In this document: one piece after another, positions 37,157 through 46,551 of the stretch
Layout of the letters: every line of letters starts with the position of its first letter
How positions within the stretch are numbered: position 1 is the first letter of the stretch
From: a bacterium
Lineage (GTDB): Bacteria > Krumholzibacteriota > Krumholzibacteriia > G020349025
Reading direction: 5' to 3'
NCBI GenBank assembly: GCA_031362565.1
Contig: JANLSU010000062.1
Location: 1-64,000, forward strand
DNA length: 64,000 nt
Notes under the pieces: model-generated
Database searches by the model: none
What the model saw: only the letters and a program-made list of their open reading frames with translations
Told to the model about the DNA's origin: nothing
Made by a program: the position numbers and the translations under genes

Positions 37157-39388
37157 ATGAAGCGGCTCTGGATCGCGTTGCTTGTCGTCGCCGTGTTCGG
37201 ATTCGCCGTGCTCGGTTGGTTGGGCACCCGCATCTATCAAGAAATGCCACCGATCCCAGAGCGTGTCGTGTCCAGCGACGGCCGGGTGGTCTTTGCGGAC
37301 GGTGAAATCGCCCGCGGTCAAAACGTTTGGCAGACGATGGGCGGCATGGAGGTTGGATCGATTTGGGGCCATGGCGCCTACGTCGCACCCGATTGGACGG
37401 CAGATTGGCTGCACCGCGAGTGCCTGCACGTTCTTGACACGTGGTCCATGGCGGAGGCTTCGAAAGCCTACGACGCCATCGGCCCCGAAGAGCAGGCGGC
37501 GTTACGCGAGCGGCTGCGCCGCGTCATGCGTACCAACCAATACGATCCGGGGACCAAAACCCTGACGATCGATGCCGCGCGGGCCGCGGCCTTCGATGCG
37601 AATGAGGCCTACTACGCCGGTATTTTCAGTGCCGGCAACGCCGCATACGCGATCCCTGCAGGCGCGCTGACCGATCCAGCGCGCTTGCGGCAATTGAGCG
37701 CCTTCTTCTTTTGGACCGCCTGGGCTTCGGCGGCGAATCGTACGAACGCCACGATCAGCTACACCAGCAACTGGCCGCACGAGCCACTCGTCGGCAACAC
37801 GCCGACCGGCGAGGCGGTGGTCTGGACCGGCGTCAGCATCCTGATGCTCTTGGCGAGCATCGGTGCGTTCGTCTGGTACTACGCCGCCCAACCCCCCGAG
37901 GCCCCGATGGCGATGGTGCCAGCCACCGATCCCATCCTCGGCTGGAAGGCCACCGCCTCTCAGGCCGCGACGCTCAAGTACTTCGTCGTCGTCGCGGGGC
38001 TCTTCTTGCTGCAGATCTTGACCGGCGCGATCACGGCGCATTACGGCGTCGAAGGCGATGCGCTCTACGGGATTCCATTGTCGCGCTGGTTGCCGTACAG
38101 CGTCACCCGCACCTGGCATTTGCAACTTGGCCTGTTCTGGATCGCCACATCCTGGCTCGCCGCCGGGTTGTTCATCGGTCCGCTCGTGAGCGGCAAGGAG
38201 CCGCGCGGGCAGCGCTTCGGGGTGAACGCGCTGTTCGTGGCGCTCGTGCTGGTGGTCGTCGGGTCGCTGACGGGCGAATACCTCAGCATTCACAACCGGA
38301 TGTCGGATGCGACGGCTTTTTACTTGGGCCATCAGGGTTACGAGTACGTCGACCTCGGAAGAGTCTGGCAAATCGGTCTCTTCGTCGGGCTCCTGCTCTG
38401 GCTCTTCCTCATGTTGCGGGCGATTGGCCCGGCGCTCCGCGAACGGGGCGACCACCGGCAACTCGTGCTCATCTTCACGCTGTCGGCGGGCGCGATCGCG
38501 CTCTTCTACGGCGCCGGCCTCATGTGGGGGCGGCACACGCATCTCAGCATGGTCGAGTACTGGCGTTGGTGGGTCGTGCATCTGTGGGTAGAAGGCTTCT
38601 TCGAGGTCTTCGCGACCGTCGTCATCGCCTTCTTGTTCGCCAAGTTGCAGCTCATCCGGCCAAAGCTCGCGGCCGAGACGTCGCTCATGGCGGCGGTCAT
38701 CTATTTGGGCGGTGGAATCATCGGCACGAACCATCACCTGTATTTCTCGGGTACGCCGACCGCGGTATTGGCCTGGGGTGCGACGTTCAGCGCCCTCGAA
38801 GTGGTGCCGCTCGTGCTCGTCGGCTATGCGGCGATGAAGGACCTGCGGACCTCGCGTGCGGCGAGTTGGGCCGTCAAGTACAAGTGGCCGGTCTATTTCT
38901 TCATCGCGGTGGCGTTCTGGAACCTGGTTGGCGCGGGACTGTTCGGTTTCATGATCAACCCGCCGATCGCGCTCTACTACATGCAAGGCTTGAACACGAC
39001 TCCGGTGCACGCGCACGGTGCCTTGTTCGGCGTCTACGGCATGCTGGGGCTCGGACTCACACTCATGTGCCTGCGGGCGCTCATGGCCGATCGAGATTGG
39101 AAGGAAGGGCTGCTCAAATTCTCCTTCTGGGCCATGAACATCGGCCTCATGTTGCAGATCCTCCTGAGCCTCCTGCCGGTTGGGTTGCTGCAAACGTGGG
39201 CTTCGGTGCAGAAGGGTTACTGGTATGCTCGCAGCCCGGAGTTCCTGGGCACGCCCCTTTTGCAGACGTTGCGGTGGCTGCGGGTCCCCGGCGACACCGT
39301 GTTTGCGATCGGCGCGATCGCGATCGTCCTGTTCATCTTCGGGCTCAAGTTCGGGTTCTCGGTCACGAAGCGGGACGCAGCGCGATAG
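37157..39388 (+). CDS. norZ: Quinol-dependent nitric oxide reductase (qNor)
   Basis: GSIWGHGAY.APDWTAD, WVVHLWVEGFFEVF, GTNHHLYF, VHAHGAL; long single-subunit form. Confidence 0.95.
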   Translation: MKRLWIALLVVAVFGFAVLGWLGTRIYQEMPPIPERVVSSDGRVVFADGEIARGQNVWQTMGGMEVGSIWGHGAYVAPDWTADWLHRECLHVLDTWSMAEASKAYDAIGPEEQAALRERLRRVMRTNQYDPGTKTLTIDAARAAAFDANEAYYAGIFSAGNAAYAIPAGALTDPARLRQLSAFFFWTAWASAANRTNATISYTSNWPHEPLVGNTPTGEAVVWTGVSILMLLASIGAFVWYYAAQPPEAPMAMVPATDPILGWKATASQAATLKYFVVVAGLFLLQILTGAITAHYGVEGDALYGIPLSRWLPYSVTRTWHLQLGLFWIATSWLAAGLFIGPLVSGKEPRGQRFGVNALFVALVLVVVGSLTGEYLSIHNRMSDATAFYLGHQGYEYVDLGRVWQIGLFVGLLLWLFLMLRAIGPALRERGDHRQLVLIFTLSAGAIALFYGAGLMWGRHTHLSMVEYWRWWVVHLWVEGFFEVFATVVIAFLFAKLQLIRPKLAAETSLMAAVIYLGGGIIGTNHHLYFSGTPTAVLAWGATFSALEVVPLVLVGYAAMKDLRTSRAASWAVKYKWPVYFFIAVAFWNLVGAGLFGFMINPPIALYYMQGLNTTPVHAHGALFGVYGMLGLGLTLMCLRALMADRDWKEGLLKFSFWAMNIGLMLQILLSLLPVGLLQTWASVQKGYWYARSPEFLGTPLLQTLRWLRVPGDTVFAIGAIAIVLFIFGLKFGFSVTKRDAAR

Positions 39389-39445
39389 CGAACGGCGACG
39401 GCACCGCCGCATCATGATGCGGGCCGGTCAACAAGGAGGCGGCAG

Positions 39446-39928
39446 ATGAATCGAGAAATACGCGCCTACGACTATGTGAATCATCGCTACGCCCTCGTGC
39501 GCGACATCCTGAGCGCCGATCCGGAGGGCGTGTTGCGGGCCGCCACCATGGCGGCGACGTCGCGGGCTCAGGCCGTGGCGGCGAAGCTGCGCGTCGATGT
39601 CGGTGGACTGCAAGTTGGGGCCGAGATCGCACCGTCGATCGGCGAAATCGAAGAATCGGGATCCGGGAACAACGACCTCGTGACACGAATCCCGATCGCG
39701 TGGGGGGCCGCTCATCAGGCGCGACTGTTCCCATTCATGAGCGCCGTCCTATCGATCTATCCACTCACCGCAACGGAAACCCAGTTGGACTTCCAAGGCA
39801 CCTACGAACCGCCACTGGGCCTGGTCGGCGCCGCCATCGACTCGATGCTCGGCCATCGAATCGCGGAAGCCTCAGTGCACACGTTCATCGCCGACGTGGC
39901 GCAGTACCTGCGGACGGAGTTGGCCTGA
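39446..39928 (+). CDS. Hypothetical protein (possible SRPBCC/START-like fold)
   Basis: AGGAGG RBS; LFP.M...G.YEPPLG.VG..ID...GHRIAEAS. Confidence 0.75.
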   Translation: MNREIRAYDYVNHRYALVRDILSADPEGVLRAATMAATSRAQAVAAKLRVDVGGLQVGAEIAPSIGEIEESGSGNNDLVTRIPIAWGAAHQARLFPFMSAVLSIYPLTATETQLDFQGTYEPPLGLVGAAIDSMLGHRIAEASVHTFIADVAQYLRTELA

Positions 39929-39934
39929 AACCCG

Positions 39935-39970
39935 GATCGGAACGATCGCTGGGCTGCCCCAGAACGTCAT
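39935..39970 (-). pseudogene. N-terminal remnant of a VapC/PIN toxin
   Basis: ATGA-coupled to the antitoxin; [12 protein letters not shown] resembles the PIN start M.FWDSSAIVPL. Confidence 0.5.
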
Positions 39971-40266
39971 CGACTCGACTCGCGCTCTTCGAGAAGGGCC
40001 GCGAGGACGCCGGCGCCCGTGCCTGGCGGGGCGATGTTCAGCAGTTCCCGTGGCAATGGGCGGCTCGGCCCACGCACGACCTCGTCCCTCTGGAGTGCCG
40101 CCAGCCGCTCGCCGTCGGGACCCGCGCCACCGCCGCCGGTCTTCACTGGGATGATCTCGGCGATTGGTTTGTCGCGATCAAGCACTAGAACGTGCCCGCC
40201 AGCACGGACATGGTCGAGAAATTCGCTCAGCCGATTTCGCAGTTGGGACATCACGGTTTTTTTCAT
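39967..40266 (-). CDS. Phd/YefM family antitoxin
   Basis: [40 protein letters not shown]; upstream TTGGCA-N17-CATAAT ends 6 nt before the ATG (leaderless). Confidence 0.88.
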   Translation of the reverse strand: MKKTVMSQLRNRLSEFLDHVRAGGHVLVLDRDKPIAEIIPVKTGGGGAGPDGERLAALQRDEVVRGPSRPLPRELLNIAPPGTGAGVLAALLEERESSR

Positions 40267-40334
40267 ATAACCATTATGGCGTCATCGAGGATGGGTGCCA
40301 AGTGCGGCGGCGTTTTGGGGAGGTACCGGAATCC

Positions 40335-41414
40335 ATGGATCTGTCCAACATCGCGCGGGCTCGAATCATGGAACACAAGATGGCCGCGGATCCGACGTAC
40401 CGGAAGCGGGTCACGGCGAGCGGCCGGCCGACTCTCTCGAAAATTCGACAGCTTGCCGACGAAGAGCTCGTCGAGACTCTGTCGAAGCTCGGCCTGGAGT
40501 TCCGCAGAGAGGACTTTGGTCGGCTCGCAAGCTCGTTCGCGTCGGCGGAGGAACTGGCCGAGCAGATGTTCCGGACGCACCTTCCCGACCTTCGGGACTG
40601 GGGCCAAGACAGGCTTTGGATGGGTCTCGCGGTCCTCTGGGAGCGCTGGCTCCCCCAACGACCGTCGTTCGAGATGATCGAAGAGTGGATGTATGCGGGC
40701 CGTGTGCTCGCGGGAAAAGGCCGCGACCCCGTTGGTGCATGCGAGAAGTGGCTCGGCGTGTGGTCGGCGGTTCAGCAGATCATGGATTCACAGCGCATGG
40801 GTTCGATCGAGGAATTCGACGAGAAATACCGCGGAACAGACTGCGTTATCGACTGCCTACAAGACTTAGAAGCTGAGCTGTGGAACGCCGGGCTCGACGA
40901 CAATCGCTACTGGGAGCGAGGGATCGAATTCGCGACGCAGTATCTAGCGCGTTTCGTCGACGCGGACCGTCTCATCACAGAGAATATGCGGCGGGCCCTC
41001 GCCACTTTCCACGCGGCTCTCGGTCGCCGGGAGCGGACGGACGCACTCTTCCGTCAGTGGCTGCAGTTAGACCCCAGTTGGGGATGGGGATGGATCGGTT
41101 GGTCCGACTGCTACTCCTTCGCCCGAGAAGATCGCGATCCCGCAAAGGCGGAGCGAATCCTTCTCGACGGGCTCGGCGTGACCGATGTCCAGGACCGGGT
41201 CGAGCTTCTCGATCGGCTTGTGAGCCTCTACATGGACCAGGGTCGCGAACGGGAAGCTGCGGAAGTGCACTCGCAGACGCATGCACTTCAACGCCGGAGC
41301 GACCGCGAGGCGTTTCGACGAACTACACCGGCACAGAGCACGAAGGTCGGTCGGAACGTGCCCTGTCCGTGCGGAAGCGGGAAGAAGTACAAAAAGTGCT
41401 GCGGGTCCGTGTAG
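40335..41414 (+). CDS. SEC-C motif-containing helical (TPR-like) protein (start uncertain)
   Basis: C-terminal [21 protein letters not shown]. Confidence 0.85.
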   Translation: MDLSNIARARIMEHKMAADPTYRKRVTASGRPTLSKIRQLADEELVETLSKLGLEFRREDFGRLASSFASAEELAEQMFRTHLPDLRDWGQDRLWMGLAVLWERWLPQRPSFEMIEEWMYAGRVLAGKGRDPVGACEKWLGVWSAVQQIMDSQRMGSIEEFDEKYRGTDCVIDCLQDLEAELWNAGLDDNRYWERGIEFATQYLARFVDADRLITENMRRALATFHAALGRRERTDALFRQWLQLDPSWGWGWIGWSDCYSFAREDRDPAKAERILLDGLGVTDVQDRVELLDRLVSLYMDQGREREAAEVHSQTHALQRRSDREAFRRTTPAQSTKVGRNVPCPCGSGKKYKKCCGSV

Positions 41415-41561
41415 TAGAGGAGGCCTCGGAATATGGCCCCGGGGGCAGCCGACGATGCCCTAGACGCCCCGTTCCGTGGAGCTCGGCAGCCGTCATGCGG
41501 GACGATAGAGAACGTTGAGACACGCTTGGGGCTCGCCGCGGAACCGGGGCTCGCGTCCTGA

Positions 41562-41612
41562 TTGACAGCAGCTTCGTGGAGTCATATTATATGACTAGTC
41601 ATATTTTATGAC
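41562..41612 (+). promoter_or_regulatory. TA promoter with two tandem palindromic operators
   Basis: TTGACA at 41562; GTCATA-N3-TATGAC at 41581-41595 and 41598-41612. Confidence 0.8.
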
Positions 41613-41625
41613 CTAAGGAGTCTCC

Positions 41626-41850
41626 ATGAAGAGAATCGGCGCCGCGGAGTTCAAGGCCCACTGCCTTTCGCTGTTGGAAAAGTTGACTCCCGAGGGCCTC
41701 ATCGTTACCAAACATGGGAAACCGGTGGCGCGCGTGATCCCCTACCCGACCCCGTCGGGCCAGCTCATCGGATCGCTGCGGGAGAAAATCGAAATCCACG
41801 GGGACATCCTCTCGACGGGAGTCGCTTGGGATGCCGATGCTCAATCTTGA
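41626..41850 (+). CDS. Phd/YefM family antitoxin
   Basis: IGAAEFKAHCLSLLE...IVTKHGKPVARVIP; AAGGAG RBS. Confidence 0.92.
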   Translation: MKRIGAAEFKAHCLSLLEKLTPEGLIVTKHGKPVARVIPYPTPSGQLIGSLREKIEIHGDILSTGVAWDADAQS

Positions 41851-42199
41851 CACACACATCCTGATTCACGCGCTCAAGGGCGAAGTGAGCGCGCGCGAGC
41901 GCGCCCTTCTCGCCGCAGGCTCGTGGGGTGTCGCCGCCATCGCTCTGTGGGAGATCGCCAAGCTGATCCAACTGGGACGGATCACTCTCGACCTCGATGA
42001 CCCAGAAGTCTCCCGCACTCTGGCCGGTATTCACGTTTGGCCGCTGGATCTGGCTGTGGCGCGAGCGTCGACGCGTCTTGATTTCCGTGGAGATCCTGCC
42101 GATGAAATGATCGCCGCAACCAGCCTCGTCCATGCCGTTCCACTGCTGACCCGGGATCGGCGTATTCGGCGTTCGAAAATCGTCCCCCTCGCGAAGTGA
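41837..42199 (+). CDS. vapC: VapC/PIN domain toxin
   Basis: LDTHILI, WEIA, DPADEMIAAT, LLTRD. Confidence 0.92.
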   Translation: MLNLDTHILIHALKGEVSARERALLAAGSWGVAAIALWEIAKLIQLGRITLDLDDPEVSRTLAGIHVWPLDLAVARASTRLDFRGDPADEMIAATSLVHAVPLLTRDRRIRRSKIVPLAK

Positions 42200-42247
42200 T
42201 GCCGCGCCCGGCGGCTCGCGCCCGGCGCCATACTGGCGTTATCGTGT

Positions 42248-42499
42248 TCACTCGCGCTCCTGCTCAAGCGCCGGATCTTTATACTTATCGCCCGGCTCGA
42301 TGCGGATGCGGATGCGTTTTGGCGAGTAGCGCGAGGTCTGCGGACCATAGTGCATGAGCACAAGGTCGAGGAACTCGGCGAAGGCGGCAATTTCACCGTC
42401 CTCCTTCTCCTGGTAGACGATTTCTTCCGCAGGCTCCTCGTCGCCTGGTTCGACGCGCAGGATGACGCCATTGCTTGCATATCGTATTTCGAACTTCAT
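42248..42499 (-). CDS. Small acidic hypothetical protein
   Basis: GGAGG RBS; MKFEIRYASNGVIL...YGPQTSRYSPKRIRIRIEPGDKY. Confidence 0.7.
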   Translation of the reverse strand: MKFEIRYASNGVILRVEPGDEEPAEEIVYQEKEDGEIAAFAEFLDLVLMHYGPQTSRYSPKRIRIRIEPGDKYKDPALEQERE

Positions 42500-42593
42500 C
42501 GAGCGGCCCTCCCCCGGAGGTTCGCAATCTTGGCACCGTGTTGACAGGAGATCCGGTAAGGCGTAACGAAGTAAACTAGGAAAGGGGGTCCCT

Positions 42594-43346
42594 ATGCCAG
42601 CGAATACCATTGAAATGCCGCGACCGGCGTCCCCTTCGATCATGGAGGCGCTCTCGGTCTTTCTCATCGATCAACGGCGGCGACTCTCACGCCGAACATC
42701 CAATGAATACGATGCCGTGATCGAGGAATACTGCATGTATCTATACGGCTACGGCTCTGCGACGCTGTCCAGCGCAGAAAAAGCCTTGGCGTCAAACCGG
42801 CTCCTGCCCTGTGGTTGTGTCGAGAACGACTACCTCAATCTGTCCGCCCCGGTGCATCTGCTCCGCAACTTGGACGCCTTTCTGGAGCAGCATCGCGGCC
42901 CGACCCGCATGGCGGACAAGCGGCGAGTCATGATGACCCACAGGGTGGCTCGCAAGCTGCGCGCCTGGCTTCTGGAGGGCGGATGGCATGACTCGAATGC
43001 CCCACGACCACCGGGCAGCCTGTTGACGCGTCTCGACTTCGAGCAAGGTCGCCACGTTGCGAAAATCCTGGCGACGGCGATCGAGGCCCGCGGCCTCGAC
43101 TTCGAAGAAGTAGACAGCGACGAGGATTTCCTCGACTGCGGACTTTCTGACGTCAGCAGGATCGAGGCGGATGACCTGTGGCTCGACTACTGGACCGAAG
43201 AGGGGAATATACAGAAGGACGTGGGTCCAGTGCATTTCCCGGCCGCAGCACAGGTCTTGAAACCGGGATGGGTCGTAGGCTGTACGTTGGGACGAGTCCG
43301 CGGTGACTGGTGCATGCTCGCAGCCTCGAGTGTATATACGCTGTAG
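42594..43346 (+). CDS. Hypothetical protein
   Basis: 250-aa ORF with G-rich RBS and plausible globular composition; no family recognised. Confidence 0.7.
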   Translation: MPANTIEMPRPASPSIMEALSVFLIDQRRRLSRRTSNEYDAVIEEYCMYLYGYGSATLSSAEKALASNRLLPCGCVENDYLNLSAPVHLLRNLDAFLEQHRGPTRMADKRRVMMTHRVARKLRAWLLEGGWHDSNAPRPPGSLLTRLDFEQGRHVAKILATAIEARGLDFEEVDSDEDFLDCGLSDVSRIEADDLWLDYWTEEGNIQKDVGPVHFPAAAQVLKPGWVVGCTLGRVRGDWCMLAASSVYTL

Positions 43347-43382
43347 GACTGCCGTGTCGTCGTTCTCCATTGGAGTCAGCAG

Positions 43383-45071
43383 ATGCGGCGGGGATTGCGG
43401 GAGTTGTACCGCCACGAGTTCGGCGGTTACGGCGCGGCCGGGCTGCGCGCCGACGTGCTCGCGGGGCTCACGGTAGCGGCGGTGGCGCTCCCACTCGCGC
43501 TGGCGTTCGGCGTCGCTTCGGGAGCGACGGCGGCTGCCGGGCTCGTGACCGCGATCGTCGGTGGGTTCGTCATTGGGGCGCTGTCCGGTGCGCCGTACCA
43601 GATCTCCGGACCCACCGGTGCGATGAGTGCGGTGCTGATCGTTCTGGCGCAAAAGTATGGGCTGCCGGGTGTCTGGGTCGCGGGGCTTTTTGCCGGCGTG
43701 GTGCTCCTCGCGGTTGGCGCTCTGGGTCTAGGCCGCTTCATCAGTTTCGTGCCCGCTCCGGTCATCAGTGGGTTCACCTCCGGCATCGCGCTCATCATCG
43801 TCATCGGCCAGTTGGATAATCTACTCGGCGTGCATACCCCTGCCGCGATGTCGGCAGCGCGGAAGCTGTGGGGCTACACGCACGGCGGCTTCATGCCGGA
43901 TGCGCGGGCCTTTGGAGTTGGCGGGCTCACCATCGCGACGATGTTCGCGTGGCCGCGGCGTTGGAATGCGCGGGTGCCCGCGTCGCTGGTCGGGATCGTG
44001 ATCGCGACCGCGGTAAGCGTCGTGCTCGGCGGGCATATCGCCGTCATTGGGGCGATTCCGCAGGCTCTGGTACTGAGCGACCGCCTGCGCCTCGACACGA
44101 TTCCCTGGTCACATCTGCGCGAATTGACCGCGCCCATCCTGACCATCGCCGGACTTGGAGCCATCGAGAGCCTGCTCTGTGGTGCGGTTTGCAGCAACAT
44201 GACCGGCATTCGCCTGGCGGCGAACCAGGAGCTGATCGCTCAGGGCGTCGGCAATATGTTGTTGCCCTTCGTGGGTGGAGTGCCGGCGACTGCTGCGATC
44301 GCGCGCTCGAGCGTCGGAATCAAATCCGGCGGCCGGACCCGGCTCGTGAGTGTGACGCAGTCACTGGTGCTTCTGGCCTCGATGTTCATTCTCGCCCCGG
44401 TCATGTCGCGTGTTCCGCTCGCCGCGCTGGCCGGCGTGCTCATCGTCACCGCCTGGCGCATGAATGAATGGGAGTCGATCCGGTTCATCTTCGGTCACCG
44501 CTTCAAGACCGCGATGCTGACCTTCACCCTGACAATGGTGGCCACGGCGGCACTCGACCTCACAGAAGCCATTCTCGTCGGTGCGATCGTGTCGGCCTTG
44601 GTCTTCCTGAGTCAGATCGCCAGCATTCGTATCAACATCGATACGGTCGACACGGGCAAGCTGCGGGCGCGCGGCATCGAACTGCGAGGCGATTGCCGCG
44701 ATGTCCGCGTCGCCTATCTCACCGGCCCAATCTTCTTTGCCGCGGTCGGCAATTTCAACGAGGCCTTCGCACGCACCCAGAATGTGCGCTGGCTCATTCT
44801 GTCGATGCATGGGGTGCCGCTGCTCGACACGTCGGGGCTGCAGGCCATGCAGCGGCTCCAGCAGCGCATGCAAGCGGAAGGCGGCAGTCTGCTGCTGGCG
44901 GGGCTTCAGCCCGCCGTGCAAGCGATGATGGAGCGTGGCGGGTTGTTGCAGCATGTCGGCAGTGAGAATGTCTTTGCGAGCGCGGACCAGGCGATTGTGG
45001 CGGCGGATCACCGCTCGGCACACGCCCCCGTACGGTTGCCGAGAACCAATCGCGACTCAGCTCCAAGTTGA
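43383..45071 (+). CDS. SulP/SLC26 anion permease with STAS domain
   Basis: AGLTVAAVALPLALAF, QISGPTGAM, NQELIAQG.GN, GGRTR, GPIFF, DTSG. Confidence 0.95.
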   Translation: MRRGLRELYRHEFGGYGAAGLRADVLAGLTVAAVALPLALAFGVASGATAAAGLVTAIVGGFVIGALSGAPYQISGPTGAMSAVLIVLAQKYGLPGVWVAGLFAGVVLLAVGALGLGRFISFVPAPVISGFTSGIALIIVIGQLDNLLGVHTPAAMSAARKLWGYTHGGFMPDARAFGVGGLTIATMFAWPRRWNARVPASLVGIVIATAVSVVLGGHIAVIGAIPQALVLSDRLRLDTIPWSHLRELTAPILTIAGLGAIESLLCGAVCSNMTGIRLAANQELIAQGVGNMLLPFVGGVPATAAIARSSVGIKSGGRTRLVSVTQSLVLLASMFILAPVMSRVPLAALAGVLIVTAWRMNEWESIRFIFGHRFKTAMLTFTLTMVATAALDLTEAILVGAIVSALVFLSQIASIRINIDTVDTGKLRARGIELRGDCRDVRVAYLTGPIFFAAVGNFNEAFARTQNVRWLILSMHGVPLLDTSGLQAMQRLQQRMQAEGGSLLLAGLQPAVQAMMERGGLLQHVGSENVFASADQAIVAADHRSAHAPVRLPRTNRDSAPS

Positions 45072-45194
45072 AACAGTCGTCAAGGCGTGTCGGTTCAACG
45101 TTGTCGTTCGGCGACAAGCGTGAATTGCATAGGAGGCAAAGGGATCAAGCGTTCGTCGACTTCAGTGCCCCGGCCCTCAAGGGCACGGCGGTGC

Positions 45195-45223
45195 TTGAAA
45201 CAACCAATCGTGTTGACTACAAT
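45195..45223 (+). promoter_or_regulatory. sigma70-type promoter
   Basis: TTGAAA-N17-TACAAT. Confidence 0.55.
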
Positions 45224-45276
45224 GGAGCGTGTGCTCAGTAGAAGCGTTGAAATCACCATCAGCAAGGAATCGGCGA

Positions 45277-46421
45277 ATGCGCGGGCGCGGTCTGGTCCTT
45301 TGCGCGCTGGTCGGCGCGGGGCTCCTCTTCCTATCCTGCGCGGGAGCACAGCCTCCGGCGATAACCGCCTGGCGCCCGTGGTACCGCGTCTTGACCGACA
45401 GTCTGCCTGCGGTGCCTGCGGGCGCCCGAATTTCTATCGACGTTACCGGCGGGACCGAGCCTCTTGGCGGCGATGAGTCGTTGTATGGCGCTGACCTTCG
45501 TCGCACCGTGGAGGGGCTGCTTACGAGACGCGGCTATGCCGTCGTTGCTGACTCTGCCGAGTTTCACGCCAAGGTTGTCTATCACACAAGGGAGCAGCAG
45601 AGCCTGGACGTTGAAACCACCAGTTCGACTGTGAGCGGCATGTCTTCCGCTACTTATGCTACCCAGAGCCGTTCATGGCTGGGGGTCGCCATTGCAAGCG
45701 CGATGTACTCAGCATCTATGTCTCACGCCGCGACTACGACCGCGACACGAATACAGAACCGAGGTGCGTATGTTCACGCCCTATCCACAGAGATCGGTAA
45801 TCGCTCTGGTCGGTTGGTGTGGAAGGGCGAATCGACTTGGCGCTCGACGAACATTGACGGACGGAGCGGGTTCCAAACCTCCCTCCAGATGACGCTGAGC
45901 TCGCTGCCAAAGTCGTCAGCGGCGATTCCAGCGGTCAAGACGGTTCGTGCTTCACATGTAGAAAACTATAAGCGCATCTACTGCGAGAATCGTTGGTTTG
46001 ACTGTCCAGCGCTTCCATACCGGATTGCGTTCACGTTCATGTCGGTACCCGCGAAGCGACCTGCCGCCTGGGGCAATACCCAGCGCGACGCGCCCACGAT
46101 CGTAGCCTTCGACCACTCCGAGGCAATAGCGGCGTATGTTGATTTGGTGCAGACAGCCGAGAACGCACTGCCCTGGGAAGCAAGGACTGGCGGGATCCGC
46201 TGCGGCCGGCAATTTGGGGCCGTGTAATGCTGGCGGGGCGATATCGCCTCGAGCCCGATGGAACGGTTGTGGCGGTCGGCGTGCGTCTTGAAGGCAGCCT
46301 GGATGGGTACATCATTCGTGAATGCCGAGTGCTCACCGACGCCGAATTCCACCAATTCGAGATTGATCTTGAAGCGTGGAATAGCGCACTGCGCGAGTAC
46401 TACGCCGTCTATTCAGACTAG
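45277..46421 (+). pseudogene. Lipoprotein (DUF4136-like N-part), probably frameshifted near 46170
   Basis: Lipobox FLSC; ORFs 45277..46227 and 46227..46421 join into one plausible protein if one base is added at CTGCCCTGGGAAGC. Confidence 0.5.
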
Positions 46422-46551
46422 GTGCCTCGCTAGGATGGTTGAGTCTGCCTGGGCACGGCCCAATACGCGCATCCGCCTCGGGGCTGTGTCAGCGGGAACG
46501 CCTGGCCGGTCCGGAGGTCCACGTTCTTCGGAGGTTCGGAGGCGTGTAGCA

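Noticed and set aside
37502..39417. 637-aa and 568-aa alternative ORFs; possibility of an NO dismutase
   Set aside because: Shadows of qNor; the catalytic motifs are canonical qNor.
41432..41560. 42-aa ORF after GAGGAGG
   Set aside because: No recognisable motif; cannot be supported as a gene.
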